DNA of 64,000 bases from an uncultured Desulfobacteraceae bacterium (GTDB lineage: Bacteria > Desulfobacterota > Desulfobacteria > Desulfobacterales > UBA5616): positions 10,704 through 74,703 of the forward strand of contig CAYLRU010000002.1 of NCBI GenBank assembly GCA_964386565.1, in the 5' to 3' direction. The translations under genes were made by a program, and so were the position numbers. How positions within the stretch are numbered: the stretch's first letter is position 1; each line of letters starts with the position of its first letter. The notes under the pieces were generated by a model. It was given only the letters and a program-made list of their open reading frames with translations, was not told the DNA's origin and searched no databases. Positions 60,135 through 64,000 of this stretch are shown here, one piece after another.

Positions 60135-61967
60135 CTATTTTTTCCGGCATTTAACCAGATAGGTATTGGCGATGCTCGACGAATAAACCATGATTTGCTT
60201 CAGCAGGTCCATCAATTCCATATGGACTTCATGGGTTTCCGCAGATTCCTTTCGGTTATGCCGAACGCGCTCCAGGTGTCTCAACCGGTATTGGGCCTCC
60301 AGGTCCAGGTATTTTCGCTCCTCGGACATGATTTGCCGCGCTTTTTCAAGGTTGATTTCCGAAAAAGCCTCCTCCAGCAATTTCAGTTGCCGGCAGACTT
60401 TCTGGTGATAAATCAGCAATTCTTCCTTACCCTCTTCCGAAAAATCAACACTTAATTCTTTCTTTTTGGCAATCAGCGGAATCATGTTTCTGTGGATGAT
60501 GTCGGCGATAAATTCCATATCATTGGAGATGGATATCATGCCGTAAACTTCCTCTACCTGAGCATCCGGAAGTCCCTGCCGGGCGATTTTAATCAGGTAG
60601 TCATGGATTTTTTCATTTAAAAAATCGATTTTTTGCTCCCGCATATCGATTCCCTCAAGCAACGTCAGCTCGGGAAAGTAAGCATCCCTTTTGGGAATCT
60701 CCCGGATCAGCAGTTCTTTTTCTTCCTGGGGCAAATTTTCTTTTTTTATCAGATTCTCGTCAGACATAAACGGAATAATAACGGCCTGTATCATTCTGTT
60801 CAGCAGTTTTGCAATCCTGGAAATTTCCGCCCGGGCAAGCTCAATGGCAATGGCGGGGGTCTTGATGCTGCTTTCATCTAAATGCCAGATTGCCGGTATA
60901 ATGCCCGGGTCAATTTTTTTATCCGGAAAAATTTTAAGAATGAATCTTCCGAATATGCCTGTGAACGGAAGAAAAACCACACCCAGGCTCACATTAAAAA
61001 TCGTATGGGCATTGGCAATCTGACGGGCGGTCTGTGAGCCGAATTTTCCGGCAATGGTCCTGATCATGTCGGCAAATGCAGGAATCCAGAAGATAAAAAT
61101 CAATACACCGGCGACCTTAAACAAAACATGGGCCAGCGCAACGCGCTTGGCCTCCCGGGAAGCGCCGATGGACGCCAACCCGGCAGTGACGCAGGTTCCG
61201 ATATTCGCACCAAAAATAACGGCAATACCGGCCTCCAGCGTAATCAACCCCTGCTGGGCCAGTACAATCACCACACCCGTGGAAGCACTGCTGCTTTGTA
61301 CGACAGCCGTAAACAGGGTTCCCGCAAACAACCCCGTTAAAGGATTTTCCAATCCTTTCATCAGGTCCATGAAAGCGGCATGTGTCTTTAAGGGTTCCAT
61401 GGCATCGCTCATCAACTTCATGCCGAAAAACAAAATCCCGAAACCGAGGATAACATCGCCGATGCTTCTGGTGTTGGAAGTCTTTGAAAGCATCTGTAAA
61501 CCGAATCCTACGGCCACCATCAACAGGGCATAATCGGTCAGCTTAAAGGCGATTAACTGGGCTGTAATGGTCGTCCCGATATCCGCTCCGAGGATGACCC
61601 CCAGTGACTGGATGAAACTCATGAGTCCTGCCTGAACAAAACTCACCAACATCACGGTGGTGGCGCTGCTGGACTGAATGACCATGGTGACAAAGGCACC
61701 GACACTCAATGCGATGAGACGATTCTTTGTTAATGCGGCAAGAATGGACCTCATTCTGTTGCCGGCGGCTCTCTTCATTCCGTCACTCATTTTCCCCATT
61801 CCATAAAGGAAAAGCGAAAGACCGCCGAACAACCCGATAAACATGAACTTCCAGTTAATGGGTTCGGGCCCGTTCTGGGCCGCATGAAGACCGGTTCCGG
61901 ATAATATGCTGACAACGGAAACGGCCGCAATAATGGATAAACTGCGGATTTCGGTTATGGTTTTCAT
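60135..61967 (-). CDS. Na/Pi cotransporter family protein with C-terminal PhoU-like helices
   Basis: Repeated QSSSA motifs, GADIGTT/GANIGT, ANAHTIFN; start taken at ATG 61967. Confidence 0.92.
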   Translation of the reverse strand: MKTITEIRSLSIIAAVSVVSILSGTGLHAAQNGPEPINWKFMFIGLFGGLSLFLYGMGKMSDGMKRAAGNRMRSILAALTKNRLIALSVGAFVTMVIQSSSATTVMLVSFVQAGLMSFIQSLGVILGADIGTTITAQLIAFKLTDYALLMVAVGFGLQMLSKTSNTRSIGDVILGFGILFFGMKLMSDAMEPLKTHAAFMDLMKGLENPLTGLFAGTLFTAVVQSSSASTGVVIVLAQQGLITLEAGIAVIFGANIGTCVTAGLASIGASREAKRVALAHVLFKVAGVLIFIFWIPAFADMIRTIAGKFGSQTARQIANAHTIFNVSLGVVFLPFTGIFGRFILKIFPDKKIDPGIIPAIWHLDESSIKTPAIAIELARAEISRIAKLLNRMIQAVIIPFMSDENLIKKENLPQEEKELLIREIPKRDAYFPELTLLEGIDMREQKIDFLNEKIHDYLIKIARQGLPDAQVEEVYGMISISNDMEFIADIIHRNMIPLIAKKKELSVDFSEEGKEELLIYHQKVCRQLKLLEEAFSEINLEKARQIMSEERKYLDLEAQYRLRHLERVRHNRKESAETHEVHMELMDLLKQIMVYSSSIANTYLVKCRKK

Positions 61968-62000
61968 CGGTCTCTTTAATGGTTTCAAATATCTTTGTCG

Positions 62001-62133
62001 GAATCGGTTTCAAAACCCATTCCAGGGCCTGATGAGGGTGTTGCAGCCTCACTCAAAACGCCCACATATCACCGGTTTTCACCGAACCACGCCTTTGTCT
62101 TGAACCTGATTCGAGGTTTTGAAACCGCTTTTA
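62001..62133. mobile_element. MITE-like non-autonomous element of about 130 bp
   Basis: Terminal inverted repeats GAATCGGTTTCAAAACC / GGTTTTGAAACCGCTTT (15/17 match); related ends at 6084 and 11912. Confidence 0.6.
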
Positions 62134-62754
62134 ATAAATGCCTAAAAATCGCAAAATTGTGACGATTGGGTAAAACAGAAAGCGATCCAGGATATTAAAA
62201 TACATCAGCCCGAGGACAATCATAAATCCGTAGGGTTCTATCTTACTGTAAGTATATGCCTGTTCCGCCGGCAGAAGTCCGACGAGAACCCTCCCGCCGT
62301 CAAGGGGCGGTATGGGGATAAGGTTGAACACCGCAAGAAATACGTTCAGTTGAACAGCCACGATTAAAAAAATCATGACGGGTTTGATTAAAATTCCGTC
62401 GAGGAGCATCGCCTTGAACAGCACGGCAAACACGGCGGCAAGGCACAAATTAATGAGAGGACCGCCCAATGCCGACCACATCATCCCTTTTCTCGGGTCT
62501 CTGAAATTCCCGGGATTGATGGGTACGGGTTTTGCCCATCCGAAAACAACGGGGGAATGCATGAAAATCAGTACCAGGGGAACCAAAATGGTGCCGAAGG
62601 GATCAATGTGGGCCAGGGGATTCAGTGTGAGACGTCCCTGGAGTTCAGCCGTCCTGTCCCCCATTTTCCGGGCAACCCATCCATGGGCGAATTCATGAAA
62701 TGTCAGCGCCATAAACAGCGCGACAACCTGTATGCCGATCATTCCGATGTTCAT
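62131..62754 (-). CDS. Site-2 protease (M50) family
   Basis: HEFAH, GRLTLNPLAHID, GWAKPVP, FNLIPIPPLDG. Confidence 0.94.
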   Translation of the reverse strand: MNIGMIGIQVVALFMALTFHEFAHGWVARKMGDRTAELQGRLTLNPLAHIDPFGTILVPLVLIFMHSPVVFGWAKPVPINPGNFRDPRKGMMWSALGGPLINLCLAAVFAVLFKAMLLDGILIKPVMIFLIVAVQLNVFLAVFNLIPIPPLDGGRVLVGLLPAEQAYTYSKIEPYGFMIVLGLMYFNILDRFLFYPIVTILRFLGIY

Positions 62755-63201
62755 TTCAGATTAAAAACCTCTTGTTGCTGATTTTAAATCTCATATTTTT
62801 CACGGATTTTTCCATCGGCGCACGGTATCCATCACCGATAAAAAACACGCAGGACTACCTGAATTTTGATCACCATGCCACATATCTTCCCAAAATTCAA
62901 ACAAATTAGCCAAACGGTATTTTTCGATCCGACAGTTACCATAGTGGATATGATACGGCAGGCAACGTGTGTTCATTTCCCGTCCCGCTCCATGGGAGTC
63001 CGCACGCCGGCATAACGGTTATTTTGACCGGTACTCCATATCTTTGCATTTCACCCCTGATTACCCGGATATTTTCAATCACTGGCGGACAGACAGGCGG
63101 AACAACCGCATTCACAGCCGTAAGGGGACACCAGTTGGATGACCCGGCCGGCAATGATGCTGTTCATACGTCTCTTTTTACTGCCCTTGTCATACATATG
63201 T

Positions 63202-64000
63202 TCAGGCTGAATCCTTATTGGGATTAAGATTGCCGCTATCCACTACATTCTTTATAAATCCCATCATTCGGTCGTTAGCCTTTTGGGCGAGCTTTATGGG
63301 AAATGCATTAAAAGCATGGATGCCTCCCGGGTAAACCGCCAATTCCGCTTCATTTCCCGCAGCAATCCATCGCGAATACATAAAAAGGGAATCATCCAAA
63401 AGCGGATCCAGCGTGCCGACGGTAAAGAGTGCCTTGGGCATATACGTCAAATCGGCATACAACGGGGAAATATACGGATCTTTAAATTTTTCAGGCCGTG
63501 CGTAGTTTTCATGAAACCATTCAATGGTCCGGGTGGTCAGAACGAGTTTTCTCTCCTCGCCCCAGTTCAACTGGCTGGGAGTTCCGGTGACATCATAGAC
63601 CCCGTAAACCAGGTTTGCCCCTGCAAAACCTGTGAACCCATGCCGGTCCCGCATCCTCAGCAAGGTTGCCGCGCTGAGGTTTCCGCCGGCGGATTCCCCT
63701 CCGATTATCAATATATCCGTACCGAATTCGGCTTTCATGTTCCCGGACAGCCAGACAGCGGCTGCCTCGCAATCATCAAGTCCGGCAGGATAAGGATTCT
63801 CCGGCGCCAAGCGATAGTCCACGCTTACCGTTGCAACATTGCAGGTGTTTGCCAGCCTGAAACAGGCCTCATCCGAGTGGTGGGCGCGGCCCAGCATAAA
63901 ACCGCCGCCATGAATGTGCAGGTAAACACCCCTCACCGTTTTCGGCATATATATCCGGAGCGGTATTTCTCCGTCAGGCCCTTTTATATATCGATCTTCA
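63202..64000 (-). CDS. HSL-family alpha/beta hydrolase (esterase), 5' end outside the window
   Basis: HGGG, VDYRLAPE, GESAG, DPLLDD, HAF; the frame stays open to the window edge (EDRYIKGPDGEIPLRIY). Confidence 0.92.
   Translation of the reverse strand, partial: EDRYIKGPDGEIPLRIYMPKTVRGVYLHIHGGGFMLGRAHHSDEACFRLANTCNVATVSVDYRLAPENPYPAGLDDCEAAAVWLSGNMKAEFGTDILIIGGESAGGNLSAATLLRMRDRHGFTGFAGANLVYGVYDVTGTPSQLNWGEERKLVLTTRTIEWFHENYARPEKFKDPYISPLYADLTYMPKALFTVGTLDPLLDDSLFMYSRWIAAGNEAELAVYPGGIHAFNAFPIKLAQKANDRMMGFIKNVVDSGNLNPNKDSA

Overview
This is bacterial chromosomal DNA of roughly 50% GC. Gene content and protein style suggest an anaerobic deltaproteobacterium, probably Desulfobacterales-like (inference). 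The first 37 kb is mostly housekeeping: argB (cut), hslU, hslV, xerC, nfeD/stomatin, UDG, coaBC, ftsB, murJ, rpsT, lptE, leuS, RNase E/G, purB, yajC-secD-secF, dprA-topA, hemW, a four-subunit 2-oxoacid:ferredoxin oxidoreductase, mltG and mutY. From 37 to 50 kb is an accessory metabolic/redox patchwork (PrpD family, phosphotriesterase family, Csp, MenA-like, CoA-transferase III, dockerin-SGNH hydrolase, FKBP, Fe-S aldo/keto reductase, nitroreductases, DUF1847, DUF362). From 50 to 62 kb is an ion-transport and signalling island: KtrB/KtrA coupled to a sigma54 activator, then a clear sigma54 promoter with upstream GCAACA sites driving USP, an SLC13 permease, two degenerate cytidylate-kinase-like proteins, a REC protein and a histidine kinase, facing a Na/Pi cotransporter. 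Best non-coding leads are a pseudoknotted leader abutting the RBS of the menA-like gene, a MITE-like repeat family sitting on stop codons, and a second palindromic repeat family. No tRNA, rRNA, CRISPR array, transposase or prophage was seen. All calls are by eye, without database searches.
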